From Amoebidium appalachense (Eukaryota; Protista; Ichthyosporea), in NCBI GenBank assembly GCA_963693365.1, contig CAVNZM010000006.1, forward strand, positions 3,741,767 to 3,805,766: a stretch of DNA of 64,000 bases. Reading direction: 5' to 3'. Both the position numbers and the translations under genes were made by a program. Of this stretch, positions 36,205-48,426 are shown piece by piece (position 1 is the stretch's first letter; every line of letters starts with the position of its first letter). Below the pieces are notes generated by a model. That model saw only the letters and a program-made list of their open reading frames with translations. It made no database searches and was not told where the DNA came from.

Positions 36205-38070
36205 ACACACACACACCAAGCAAACACATACGCAAGGAGATATACAGCAGAAGCAATGAATGCAACCGAAAGCCTCAAAAACGAGAAAACACAGCAACTA
36301 ATTTGCAATGTTGCTCTGCACCCTACCCACCCCCCTATCGTCCAAAGACATTTCCTTATTCACACCCAGCAGTGATACCTTACACCCATGCCTTCCTGAG
36401 TAAGGGCCCAAAACGCACTTCTTTTTGTCTGTGTGGTGGTGTGATGCGAGAGGGAGCAGTGGGGGGGGGGGGGGGGGGGGGGGAGGGGGGGGGAGGGGGG
36501 GGGGGGGGGGGGGGGGGAGGAGAGGGGGGAGGGGGCGATATTTGTGTGTGTGTGGTGGTAGTGGCTGGGAGAGGGAAGGGATGTGAGGGAGGGACGGCCG
36601 GAGAGGGGGGGGGGGGGGGGGGAGGGGGATAAGCAAACGAGGGAACACTCCCAATATTATCTTTCCCCAGTAATCACACAGCTTAATACTATTTCCATCA
36701 AGAAACCACATCTCGCAACCAACGCTTCCTCTCCTTCAACCATCCCCACACTCTGAATCCCCCGTCACCCCCCCTCCCCCACCCCCCCACCCCCCCCCTC
36801 CCCTGCCCTTCTTTCCTTCCCCCCTCCTCCCCACCCCCCCATCCCTCTCCCTCCTCTCTTCCCCCTGAAAACCACCCCCCCCACAACCCCAGACCGCCCA
36901 GGCCAAACAACCGACCATCTTCCACACATACACACACGTACTAATCTAATCCAACCTTCTCCATTCACCCTCCCTCCCCACTCTACGCACCAACCCATCT
37001 CCCTCCCCTCCCTTCCCCCATCCCCCCCCCCCCCCCTCCTCCCTCCCCCTCCCCCCATGCATCGCAAAAAAAAAAAAAAAAAAAAAAAAAACTACTGAAA
37101 ACCAAGTTCGAATCTTCGTTCTACGTCGGTGAAGGCGCAACTGTAGGGGACGGCAACCACTTCCACCAGCCCATCATGATCCCCCCAAACCACAACATAT
37201 CCAACAGGCAGGATATCTGGGCTGAAAATTTGAACGATGAGAGTGAAAGTGGAATGAACAAAATAATTCTGAGGGCAGCATTTGGCGTTGCTGCTGCAGT
37301 GGTGCTAGTGGTGGGGATATGGGGAGCCACGATATATGTAAAGAAAATGAAGGGAAGAGAAAGACGTAAGGTAAGTGGGCTCTGACATGTTTATTTGCAA
37401 ATGGGCATTCCTCCTCTCCCTCCCCCCCCCCCCCCCTCTTTTTCGAGCTCCCCATTTACCTTCATCCAGCCACGCTCTAACTCTCCTGGTTGACTTTGTG
37501 ATTTTCAAAAAGTCTTTTCCAGCTTTCTTGAGTATGTGACAGAAAGATTGTGTTTGGCCTGGACGGGTGGAGGGCGGAGATTGGAGGGAGCGACGGGAGG
37601 GTGGTATTTGGGAGGAGGGCTGTGAGGGGAGAGAGAGTTTTTGTGTGTGTGTGTGTGGGGGGAGGGGGGGGGGGGGGGGAAGGGGGTGAAGGGGGGGAGG
37701 GGGGAGGAGGAATGTTGAATAGGGCATATCCGTCAGATTTGAACTCCACCGCAGCCTTACTAGTCGTGTAAGAGAAAAGGAACCTCAGTGAGTTAAACTT
37801 AGCGAGACACTATTTTGTGGATCCACTTCATATGAGCCTTGTATGAGGTGTGTTCTAATTCCCGAGCATCAGCTTTAACATTGAAAACATCGCACCATTC
37901 ACTCCTAATGTAATTCAACCCGTTTTTTATTGCAGGCGCCCGGATGCAGCCACATGTCTAGCTCATCCACAAATGGGTTAATTGGTGGCAGCACCCGTAA
38001 CCTGGACCTGAGTGACATGCAGGGCAGCTACAGCAGCACATATACAGGTGGGCCAATAGAATATAAGTGA
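27936..38070 (+). CDS. Type I membrane protein: signal peptide, ~600-aa Ser/Thr mucin-like region, hexapeptide-repeat (left-handed beta-helix) domain, TM helix, cytoplasmic tail
   Basis: Phase-consistent exons 27936-29796, 30190-30282, 31173-31363, 32913-33022, 33798-33853, 34711-34824, 35765-35829, 37107-37370, 37936-38070. Repeats IGNNVV/LGNCVS/VGHDTT/IASNVS/VQEGVV/IGASVT; TM segment AAFGVAAAVVLVVGIWGATIYV followed by KKMKGRERRK. Confidence 0.8.
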
Positions 38071-38214
38071 AAAAAGTAAATCCATGCAACCTCAATCACG
38101 CTCTATGTGTCACTAAGTGTGCGAATGCAAAGTGGTGGGTAGTGTGTATGTTTTAGGGGGAGCTGAGAACAAGCTAGCCAAGAGTTATGTACATGTCACA
38201 GATTCCGACCGATG

Positions 38215-38306
<92 letters not shown>

Positions 38307-38318
38307 CGCACGCACACG

Positions 38319-38415
<97 letters not shown>

Positions 38416-38923
38416 ACACACACAAACACACTGACACACACACACAAAGGCTACAACAGAGAGACGAGCTCTCTCTCATCTCCCTCCGTACTATCGGACT
38501 TCAAAACCGATTCACGACCCCTCGAGGACTGGAATACTCTAGATGTGAGAACCCCCCCTTCCCCCCCCCCCCCCCCCCCTCCGTCCCCCCCTCCCCCCTT
38601 CCCCCCCCCCTCCCCCCCCCCCCCCTTCCCCCCGCCAAAACGCATGCACACCCACCCCGCAACCCCTTTGCCTCTCCTCTTTGCCCCTTCCTCACTACTG
38701 TCTCCCCCCCCCCCCTAACAACCCCCACAAACTCCCACCCACCCCCCCCCCTCCCTCTAGGAGACTTACCCCCCCTTCCCTCCCCTTCCTCCCGCAATGA
38801 CCACGCATTGATATGAGCTCCACTTAGATGTATGGGGTGGTATTATAGGTTATCGTGTTTTACGACCTCACCCTTCTGAAAAAGTGCAGTAGCCTGCCTC
38901 GAAGATCCCCGTGTCCATGGGGC

Positions 38924-38958
<35 letters not shown>

Positions 38959-38982
38959 TTTTGTCGGGGCGGCAGGGCGGGG

Positions 38983-39022
<40 letters not shown>

Positions 39023-39296
39023 GGGGGGGAGGGGGGGGGGGGAAGGGGGGGGGGGAGGGGGTCCGGGGGCTAATTTTCTTTGCTTTTCCCCCCCCCCCCA
39101 TTTTTAGTCGTGTTCTCCAATGGTGCTTGGTTTTGCTTTGCTTTTAAGCTTTACAATCTCTCTAACGCATTTATTTACTTCCCCCCCCCCCCCCCCTCCC
39201 CTCCCCCCGCCCACCACCGCCGCCTCTCTCTCCTCCCTCTCCCCCCCCCCCCCCCCCCCAACACACACACACACACACACATACGCATCATCTCAG

Positions 39297-39892
39297 GTGT
39301 ACACGAACATAGCAAAGAAAGCTCCTCCCTCAGCAGCCAAATACGCAGCAACCATCTACCGCATGCGGGTGACAGGTATGTGTTCTGCATTCTGATTGGA
39401 GGAGTACCACTATTCGGGGCTGTGATTGGTTCACTTTTGCTCTTTTATGGCAGTGCACCATACATCGAGGAAGTCATTGTTGGCTCTGCTAGAAAAGTGA
39501 GGGCGGCCATTTTAAGCGATGGGGGAGAGAAAAGGGAGGGGGATATGGGCCTATAGAGAGCATACAAAGGAACCGCGGCAGGTGAGGAGTTACGGGAAGG
39601 GGGGTGGGGTGAGGGGGGTGGGGGGCTGGGGGGAGGGGTGCTGGTGGTGGTGGTGGAGGGGGGGGGGGGGGGGGGGGGGGGGATTGCAATAATAGCATAC
39701 AGCGTGCATGTAAAGCACACCGTGATGTGTGTGTGTGTACGTGGGGTAGGGGGGAAGGGGGGGGGGGGGGGGGGGGGGGGGGATTGAATTGTCCATAAAC
39801 ATGTGGATGACTGCACAGGTAAAGATTTGATGGAGTTGACAACACAACAGCTGATAGGGAAAATGAACAGCTGGCATGTGGCCCCACAGGAC

Positions 39893-39938
<46 letters not shown>

Positions 39939-40355
39939 TCTCTGTGTGCCTCCACGGGTCTATGGCAATACAGTAGTGGTGGTGGCAGTGGACGGAGAGG
40001 TAGGGGGGAGGTGAGGGGGAAGAGAGGGAGGGAGGGAGGGGGGAATGAAGGTGTGTGTGGTTTGTGCCTGTGTGTCTCAATCCGTGGGTTGTGTGTGATG
40101 GTTGCCACCCATCCATATCCAATACAACAGCATTTTGGTTCCTGGTGCACGTTCTCGTCTCATTGTCGCTGCATTGAGCTTACCCCCTTGCCCCCCTTTC
40201 CCCAATGTGTTTACAGCTGCAATGCACACTCCCCCTCCCCCTCCCCTTTCCTCCCCCGTACACACACCGACACACAGCAACCCTGCCTGTTCTCCCCAAC
40301 CTGATTGAACATCCCCCTCGCCGCCCCCCCCCCCCCCCCCCCCCCCGATCTCCCC

Positions 40356-40409
<54 letters not shown>

Positions 40410-40583
40410 CTCCACCCCCACTCATTCCTCCCCAACTTCCCCCCCCCCCCCCACCCTCCCCCCGTCTCCCTCTCAAACACCCATCCCTGCAGGCCTGGTC
40501 TAGAGCGCTACATCATGTTTCTACGTGTGTCCACCAACACATTGGCCGCCACAGACCCCAGAACCGGCACTGCTATGGTTTAG
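39297..40583 (+). CDS. Possible additional 3' exons (39297-39375, 40493-40583) of the mucin/beta-helix gene
   Basis: A donor after 38047 (ACAG/gtggg) joins in phase to GVHEHSKESS...AGDR and then PGLERYIMF...TAMV*, with canonical cag/gt sites. Confidence 0.5.
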
Positions 40584-40843
40584 CCAATCAGGTATCATAA
40601 AATAAGTTGCAAAGCATATTACATGTAGTCAAATTGTCATATGATTGATCAAATAGGCATGAACTGTCCCCAGGGTCCATATGGGCAGAAAAGTAGCCTT
40701 TCCAGGCTGGACGAGAAAATTCGAGCGAAATACTGGCAAACGATTCCTTGCCCCCTCTCTTAGCTGCATATAGGGACCTAAAGATCTTCTTTCGGGCTTG
40801 TTGTTGGGCAACACCCACTCTCCAGCCCTCACCACCTCCCCTA

Positions 40844-40896
<53 letters not shown>

Positions 40897-40993
40897 ACAC
40901 ATGCCTGCAGGCTTGTGCACACAGCAACACGGATACGCCGTGGACACACACATAATCAAACAAACACACATGCACACACCACACGCACACACA

Positions 40994-41130
<137 letters not shown>

Positions 41131-42635
41131 TGACACAAAAACAGGCAGACACACAAAGGCACATGCACACATTTCTGTTCAGCTGCACACACACAACATT
41201 AACACATACACAAAAAAAAAGATTTAAATGCAGTATTGATCCTGTACTAGGATCTACTGTTACTGAATAATGGTCCAATCTGCCAATAACTAAGCGCAGA
41301 TTTTAGTGCACGAACAGAATAACATTTGCATGTGCATATAAACATTCGGGATTAGACGTTTCCTCTACGCCATGCTTTCATTTTTTATATATGATGTATG
41401 TGTACTATAGTATAGTTTTTATGTCCTCCTCTTTTTGTGTGGGAGAGACCGTTCGACATGCCCAGGCCGCGGGCACTGCTATTGGCAATGACAGAGACCA
41501 TATGGTCTTTAAGCTATTAAAGAAAACCAGAAAGCTCCATTCATTCAGATCTGGTTTCGGCTGTGGGTCAAAGGGTGGAACACAGCAATGAGCCACCAAA
41601 AATAATTGGAAACTTTCAAGGCGTATTGAGAAAGTCCCCCCCCCCCCTCCCCCCCCCCCCCCCCCCCGACCACCCCACACTCTTCCCCTTCCGGCTTCCC
41701 CGTTACAACACCCATCGTGTGTAACAGCCCTTAGAAATCACCTCAATTACTCCAAACAACCCCCCCCCCCCCCCCCCCCCCCCCCCTCTTCCCCCCAACC
41801 CGCACATGCGGAAGTTGTATATGTGTGTGTGTGTGTGTGTCACGATTTGTGTGTGTTTCAGTGTGTGCCCACCTGTATTCATGTTGGGTGCATGCGGCTC
41901 GGTGGTTGACTTAGCCAATCCGATGTCTGCTTCGCATGTGCACATACGTGTCTCTGTTGTCTGTCGTAAACGGCTATGCTCCATTTCCTCCCCCTTCCCC
42001 CCCCCTCCCCCCCCCCCCCCCCCCCCCCCCTGTCGCTTTTTCGGGTGATTCTGTATTTCATTTATTTATGCCAAGTTAGTGAGTATTTGATTAACTATTT
42101 AATAAATATTTATTTATTTATTCTTTTTTGTTGGGAGAGGGGGAGAGGGGGGGGGAGAGGCAAAAGAGGGGGGGGGGGGGGGGGGGGGGGGATGGAGGTA
42201 ACATGTTAACAGAAGTGGTGTGTTCATGACCAATCAAGAAAAGCAGCACCAATTTCAGTTTTTTAGCCTACTGAGCTGTGGGTGTTGGTTTGCTGATCGT
42301 GGTACCGACTCGGTCACACCTGCTACCTATGTATGTGCCTCAGCTAAGCTAAATTTTCTATCATTCACAATCCTAACTATGAGTAGTTCACGCTTTGCTG
42401 TCCAGGGTTTAACTACCCCAGCCACGCCGGTTCTAATTACTAATATGATAATAATAGTTCGTATCCCATCCAGCCTATGTCCACGTACTAGTGTGACCCC
42501 CCCCCCCCCCCCAGCGCCCCCTCCCCCCCCCCCCCCCCCCCCCCCCCCCCTCTGAGCTCCTCCCCCCCCCCCCCCCCTCTGCCCCCTCTCTCTCTCTCTT
42601 TCTCTCTCTCTCTCTGTCTCTGCTCTCTCTCTCTA

Positions 42636-42673
<38 letters not shown>

Positions 42674-43353
42674 CCCCCCCCCCCCCCCCCCCCCCCCTCT
42701 CTCGAGCTCTCTCTTTCTCTCTCTCTCCATCTCTCTCGAGTCTCTCTTTCTCCCCCTCTGGCCCACGAGACTCACATGCGCATGTGGCTCTCAGGCTGTC
42801 GGCAAAGCTAAATCCCGGTAGATAGATGTTCGCTGCTGCTGCACGGTTCGCAGCATGTTTTACAGGGTACGAAATTATTGTTTGTTCCTTAGTCAGTACG
42901 TTATGTACATAGTTTGGCGGTTGTGTGCTGCTCGAGAGACCCTAATTCAGATAAAAGCCGTTTTTTATTAGTATAGTTCTTTTTATTTTGAAAATGCTAG
43001 GGCAAAGGCCACGAATTTTAGCGTGTCTAACCCCCAAAACTCACATCACATGCTCGTCATTGTCGTCAATACTTTCCCGAGTTGGACTAGTCTTGTGATC
43101 TGGTAACTTTGAGATCAAACCCCCCACCAAACCCTCCGATCCGATCGCGATCGATCTATTTCCCACTTCCCACTTTTCCTACTTAAAATCGAAAAAGAGA
43201 AAAAAAAAGAGATAAAACAAACGATACAGCATTACCCACTTCTAAGTGGGAAAGTGGCCAATGACAACAAACACTTATCGATTTAAACCTAAAACGCGAT
43301 AACATAGTGTCACACTAAGGATCAGGCCGGGGAACGGGGAACGGGGGACGGGA

Positions 43354-43697
43354 AGCAAAACGTCTAAGTATGGACACTGGCACAGAGAGACAGAGAGCAA
43401 AAAGTCTAAGTCTACACGCGAGACAGAGAGCAAAAAGTCTAAGTCTACACGCGAGACAGAGAGCAAAAAGTCTAAGTCTACACGCGAGACAGAGAGCAAA
43501 AAGTCTAAGTCTACACGCGAGACAGAGAGCAAAAAGTCTAAGTATGGACACTGGCACAGAGAGAGAGAGAGCAAAACGTCTAAGTCTACACGCGAAGCAC
43601 GAGAGAGAGAGAGAGCAAAACGTCTAAGTCTACACGCGAGACAGAGAGCAAAAAGTCTAAGTCTACACGCGAGACAGAGAGCAAAAAGTCTAAGTCT
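43354..43697. repeat. 33-bp tandem repeat (agcaaaaagtctaagtctacacgcgagacagag) with longer variant units
   Basis: Directly visible; roughly nine to ten units including variants. Confidence 0.95.
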
Positions 43698-43710
43698 TGA
43701 GTCTTGACCC

Positions 43711-43917
43711 GGGCAGGTGAGGCACGTGAGGCAGGTGAGGCAGGGGGGCAGGGGGGGCAGGTGAGGCAGGCACGTGAGGCAGGTGAGGCAGGGGGGCAGG
43801 GGGACAGGGGGGGGGGGCACGTGAGGCAGGTGAGGCAGGTGAGGCACGCGAGGCACGTGGGGCACGCGAGGCACGTGGGGCACGTGGGGCACGCGAGGCA
43901 GGGGGGGGGGGGGGGGG
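43711..43917. repeat. G-skewed 9-bp tandem repeat (ggcaggtga / ggcacgtga / ggcacgcga) ending in a G run
   Basis: Directly visible. Confidence 0.9.
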
Positions 43918-44079
43918 TATTTTCCAAAAACAGGGATCTGTATATACTTCACGGGGGTTTATTTTAGCATACAATATGGGTATAACAATTCCCAACCCAC
44001 ATATTCTGATCAGCATCAACAATCTAAATTCGAGCATATAAATTCCAAAAGGTGAGTGTCGATTTTTTCTATATACAGG

Positions 44080-45165
44080 TCATTCATCCTCGGTATGATC
44101 GGATTGTACATTCATATTTGGACGGAAAAGGAGAGAGGGACGAGATGTGTTATGGTACACAACCAGAGATACACCATTGTCGTCATCACCACTATTTTCA
44201 CTTTCACTTTCACTTTCACTCTCGTCGTCTGACTCGCAATAGGCCAACGTACGCACACGTTCCAAACGCACATGTTCCTCCAAAGACTCCATCTCTACAT
44301 ACAAAGCAAGCGCATCACCACCACCACCACCACCCAAATCGTCACGACTACTCTTACGTCTTTTGACGGAGTCGCCAGAACCGCGTCGGCGAGGCAGACC
44401 ACAACCAAAATGACACTCTTTCGGCTCGACGTTGTGATATCGCTTCAGACGCTGTTCGTTGTTGTACACGTCGCTTGTGAGTTTGGATTTCTGTGCCTGT
44501 AGCACTTTAATCTGACGAGAAAGGGCCCCAATCTCGTCCTTCTTCTGGGCATTCACGGCGGAGGTAGCGGCATACAAATACGAATACTCGGCCAACACAC
44601 AACTGAAAACCTTCTTGTCTTCATCGGTCACAGGCCATGGGTCTTGGTCGTATAGAGCACTGTCACGATATGTCATGAACGCGATGCATTTGCCAACAAC
44701 GTCATCCCAATCAGCTTTGTAGGAGCGATGTACTTCGACGTCGGGCGAAAAAATAGAATCGGCATCGATTTTTTTCAAACACAACCGGAAGTCACGAACA
44801 CCAATTGTTGCTATACCAGAGGTGTCGAGGGTGAGATGTGCACAAACGTCGAGCAACTTATCCAACAAAAAATCGTATTCGTCAATCGAATCGACGACAG
44901 TTTCGTTAGTCACCGCGAGGACCTGTGCGTGATGCCACAATCTGGCAAGGGAAGGCAGGGAAACCCGCATGTTGCTTTGCATGCTCGGGTCACGCTTGTC
45001 GGAGGGTCTTGTTTCCAGTGCATCAAAGAAATCAATAATAACCCGAAAAGTCCCGGAGACACGAGCATAGCGAATAGAAGCCATTGTGAACCCGTTAACA
45101 AGAACGATTCCAAACAGACTTACAAACACAATCAAACACCGAAATTTTGTGTCGCTACATGTCAC
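44080..45165 (-). CDS. Viral hypothetical protein with coiled-coil and acidic C-terminus (alternative start 45084)
   Basis: 361-aa intronless ORF of normal composition; heptad-like IGALSRQIKVLQAQKSKL and an acidic ESESES tract. Confidence 0.75.
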   Translation of the reverse strand: MTCSDTKFRCLIVFVSLFGIVLVNGFTMASIRYARVSGTFRVIIDFFDALETRPSDKRDPSMQSNMRVSLPSLARLWHHAQVLAVTNETVVDSIDEYDFLLDKLLDVCAHLTLDTSGIATIGVRDFRLCLKKIDADSIFSPDVEVHRSYKADWDDVVGKCIAFMTYRDSALYDQDPWPVTDEDKKVFSCVLAEYSYLYAATSAVNAQKKDEIGALSRQIKVLQAQKSKLTSDVYNNEQRLKRYHNVEPKECHFGCGLPRRRGSGDSVKRRKSSRDDLGGGGGGDALALYVEMESLEEHVRLERVRTLAYCESDDESESESESENSGDDDNGVSLVVYHNTSRPSLLFRPNMNVQSDHTEDE

Positions 45166-45497
45166 GGTTCGTAGACGATGGAAAACAGAAAAAAAAAATC
45201 TCTTCTAAAAAGGGACGCTTACAACACGGCTCGTTCACGATGGAAAACAGAAAAAAAAAATCTCTTCTAAAAAGGGACGCTTACAACACGGCTCGTTCAC
45301 GATGGAAAACAGAAAAAAAAATCTCTTCTAAAAAGGGACGCTTACAACACGGCTCGTTCACGATGGAAAACAGAAAAAAAAATCTCTTCTAAAAAGGGAC
45401 GCTTACAACACGGCTCGTTCACGATGGAAAACAGAAAAAAAAATCTCTTCTAAAAAGGGACGCTTACAACACGGCTCGTTCACGATGGAAAACAGAA
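45165..45497. repeat. 61-62-bp tandem repeat, five full copies plus a partial one
   Basis: gatggaaaacagaaaaaaaa(a)tctcttctaaaaagggacgcttacaacacggctcgttcac at 45177, 45239, 45301, 45362, 45423 and 45484; units differ only in A-run length. Confidence 0.97.
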
Positions 45498-45810
45498 GGC
45501 TTCTGCGACGCGAAGAGTTCTTATAAACATCTGCATTAGCGCAACCACCAAAACGAACCAATGCGCATCACGTAGGGTTCAACTCAGCAAGAAACATAGC
45601 AAATCAAAACAATGCTTTAATTTCGCTTGGCCAATTAAAGGGCTCGCCTTTCACGTTTTTTGGAGTGTATTATTTCGTCTGGCCAATCAAGTGGCCTCGC
45701 GTTTCGCTTTGCAAAAAAAAATAAAGTTCGCCGAGTGAACAACCAACCAAACCACGCAAAAAGCACGCCACCACACATGCTTCCCATTATGGTGACTACC
45801 GCGGCGTTCG

Positions 45811-46030
45811 GGACCAATCAGATCAGCGGTCAAACCACGCGAACCAATCAGATCAACGGTCAAACCGGGCGGACCAATCAGATCAGCGGTCAAACCGGCG
45901 GACTAATCAGATTAGAGGTCAAACCGGGCGGACTAATCAGATCAGAGGTCAAACCGGGCGGACCAATTAGATCAGCGGTCAAACCACGCGAACCAATCAG
46001 ATCAGAGGTCAAACCGGGCGGACCAACCAG
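45811..46030. repeat. 30-bp tandem repeat with a CCAAT(CA)-like core, about seven copies
   Basis: gaccaatcagatcag(c/a)ggtcaaacc(ggg/acg)cg units. Confidence 0.95.
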
Positions 46031-46134
46031 ATCCGATTTAGATACGGATCGAAAAAAAAGGCCCAGGCGGTGCTGTGAAGGGTCGTATCGCGCGACAGAC
46101 ACAGCCTTCCTCTTTTTATTGGTACAAGTGCACA

Positions 46135-46404
46135 ATGTGGCCTTGGGTAGTCGCGTCCGCCATCTCATTCGTCCTGTTCTGGTTGACGCTGATATCATGT
46201 GACGTTCATAGAATAAACAGATCACTGAAGCAAAAAACCGGGCCCCACCCAATACTGGACCCATTGTGCGACAACTTCATGATTCGCTGGCTGTGGATAC
46301 TGTTGCCACTAATGCTTGCATATACATACACCACATCCACACAATTCACCGAGACGGAAACCACACAGAAAATACTTTCAGGTGCTACACCCGTATCAAC
46401 TTGA
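46135..46404 (+). CDS. Small viral protein with two hydrophobic segments
   Basis: MWPWVVASAISFVLFWLTLI and IRWLWILLPLMLAY. Confidence 0.5.
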   Translation: MWPWVVASAISFVLFWLTLISCDVHRINRSLKQKTGPHPILDPLCDNFMIRWLWILLPLMLAYTYTTSTQFTETETTQKILSGATPVST

Positions 46405-46732
46405 AACGACCCACCCCTTTGAAAGGTGGATCCCACCAGGGCTCTCGCTTGGCAATCACCACGACTTCCGGTACACGAGATTGTGTTTTTGTCAAAACAC
46501 CGACGAGTTCACCGACATTCCAACATATATCTGGAATCGACAGGCTGCTCGCCAACGCGTTCACAACAAAGCGGCTTTTTTGATCCACTCCACATACTTG
46601 TGTAATCAAATCACTCGTCGCGGAAAGAACCACAGTCCCAGAGTGAGCACGCGCGCTGCGCAGCATGTTGTCTAACCGCCCGCGATCTCCCACGTACCAA
46701 TAACACCCTGGGTTGTACACTTCCACGTCCAT
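46385..46732 (-). CDS. Viral hypothetical protein
   Basis: 115-aa ORF from the ATG at 46732 with globular composition, convergent with the neighbouring ORF. Confidence 0.55.
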   Translation of the reverse strand: MDVEVYNPGCYWYVGDRGRLDNMLRSARAHSGTVVLSATSDLITQVCGVDQKSRFVVNALASSLSIPDICWNVGELVGVLTKTQSRVPEVVVIAKREPWWDPPFKGVGRFKLIRV

Positions 46733-46914
46733 TTCACAAGGAAAAAGATTAAATTGACACGACAGACCAACGATCACTGGGTTTTATTGTTTATCAATAT
46801 ACAAATGACCAGATACAGTGCCACCGGTGACCAGTCACCTGCATTTATTAGGACGAAACCCACAAGACCCCAAGCGGGCCTGGCCGCGGAGGGCAAATCC
46901 ACGGCAAGCCGTCT

Positions 46915-47787
46915 TCAAAGTGCGTGTCCTACATGGCCCGAGTTGTTCCACGGTGTCGGTCTTCTACGCAGTCTGCGAGGCAGGCCGAAGAACTCGGTTG
47001 TGCGGTTGCGGGCGTGGACGGTGTCCAACACGGCGTCCCTTAGCGGCAGACCCGCGTTCTCGACCTGGACGATGACCCGCTCAAAGAACGGGTCGAGCCA
47101 CTCGGCGGCCCAGTCGTCAAGCGCGGTGGTGAAGTCTTGAGCGGCCACAGCGCCGGGGGCCATCGAAACGGGGGCACCGTGCTCGATCCCGACGCGGTAG
47201 GCACCCTCTTGCAGGGTGGACGGAGGCGCGGCAGGCGATGGGGTAGTGCGTACGACGTCCTCAAACAGGAGGCTGGGCATGACCCAGTAGGGTTTCCTGG
47301 AGATGGCAGGCGCCACACCATCGACTTCATCCAAGTCGGGATCCCCAAAAACGTTCCAGAAAACCCATCCGTCTCTGGTCGGCTTGGTGGCGTATATGGG
47401 GGGCAGTCGTTCACATCCGTAGCCATACCCCATGCCGGCCTCACTGTCGCTGAGCATGGTGTCGAATTCATAGTAGTATTCGCTGAGGGTCGGGTCGGTA
47501 ACGGGGTGTCCGGGCTTGTACAGTTTGATGTAGCTGAGGATGGAACGTTCGTCGCGCTCATAACGAGTCATGCCATTTACACCAACACTCTGGACACTGA
47601 TCTGTCCGTTTGACAGAATGGGAATAGCCACCCTGTGTTCGTGGTCCCATCTCGGCTCACTTAGCCACGACCAATCCCGGCCATCGCCCGTGGATTCTGT
47701 AACGCATTCAAATTTGCGGTCTAGGTACCTCGTGAGCTCGTCCTCCGTGGCGATGCGGGTCAGTTCCATGCGCGCCGGCATTTTCAT
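46915..47787 (-). CDS. Viral hypothetical protein (290 aa)
   Basis: Long ORF with upstream TATAAAA and CCAAT boxes and a downstream AATAAA on the minus strand. Confidence 0.8.
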   Translation of the reverse strand: MKMPARMELTRIATEDELTRYLDRKFECVTESTGDGRDWSWLSEPRWDHEHRVAIPILSNGQISVQSVGVNGMTRYERDERSILSYIKLYKPGHPVTDPTLSEYYYEFDTMLSDSEAGMGYGYGCERLPPIYATKPTRDGWVFWNVFGDPDLDEVDGVAPAISRKPYWVMPSLLFEDVVRTTPSPAAPPSTLQEGAYRVGIEHGAPVSMAPGAVAAQDFTTALDDWAAEWLDPFFERVIVQVENAGLPLRDAVLDTVHARNRTTEFFGLPRRLRRRPTPWNNSGHVGHAL

Positions 47788-47849
47788 AACAGAGAATGTT
47801 CATGTGAAAGTGGAAATGCGAACTGGTGGCCTGTTCTTGTGTGGTAAGC

Positions 47850-47990
47850 TTTTATACCGGATGTCGCGCAAGCATCAAGCCAATCAGATTTCACACCCGT
47901 CAACCAATCAAGAACCAGATAAAGAGCAAACACAAGATCCACCAATCGGAAATCAGAAGTCACATCCAAAGACCTTGCACCAATCAAAGC
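47850..47990 (-). promoter_or_regulatory. TATA box plus four CCAAT boxes upstream of the 47787 ATG
   Basis: TATAAAA on the minus strand at 47850-47856; CCAATC at 47880, 47904, 47942 and 47980. Confidence 0.6.
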
Positions 47991-48020
47991 CACAACATCC
48001 CCCCTGATCTGTCGCCCTGC

Positions 48021-48311
48021 CTAGTTCTCTTTATTTTCCATGGGCGGCTCCGGCTCGTCATCGGGTTCTAACATCCTTTGCATGACAATCGCGGTCATGG
48101 CCTGGTTCTTGGGCACCCAGTGCTTGAACCCACACTTCCGCGCGAGCTCGTCGGGCAGGTCGATGTAGCCCTTCTCCGCGAGCTCCCTGGCGTAGCGCTG
48201 CTTCTCGCGCTCGGTGTGGCGTTGCGTTTCCTCTGTGGGCACAACCGTGGCCTGGATGACGGGGGCCTTGCCTGGCTCCTCCTTGAGCTTGTATTCCCAG
48301 CGATACGCCAT
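48021..48311 (-). CDS. Viral hypothetical protein (96 aa)
   Basis: Strong G/C third-position bias in this frame; charged helical sequence. Confidence 0.75.
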   Translation of the reverse strand: MAYRWEYKLKEEPGKAPVIQATVVPTEETQRHTEREKQRYARELAEKGYIDLPDELARKCGFKHWVPKNQAMTAIVMQRMLEPDDEPEPPMENKEN

Positions 48312-48426
48312 ACGTGTGGCACCAATAAAAATACAAACAGACGTTTATTGAGTTTGTGTGTTGTGAAGGCGGGGGCCAGCCCCGCGTGTGTGTAGTGAAA
48401 TGTACATGGTGTGTGTGCGTGTGTGG

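Noticed and set aside
43275-44037. ORFs of 225, 115 and 113 aa over the junction repeats
   Set aside because: They are open only because the 33-bp and 9-bp units are multiples of three without stops; no coding signal.
43354-46030. Arrays resembling CRISPR repeats (33, 61-62 and 30 bp; also 24625-24800)
   Set aside because: Units are contiguous without unique spacers, there are no cas genes, and the context is eukaryotic/viral.
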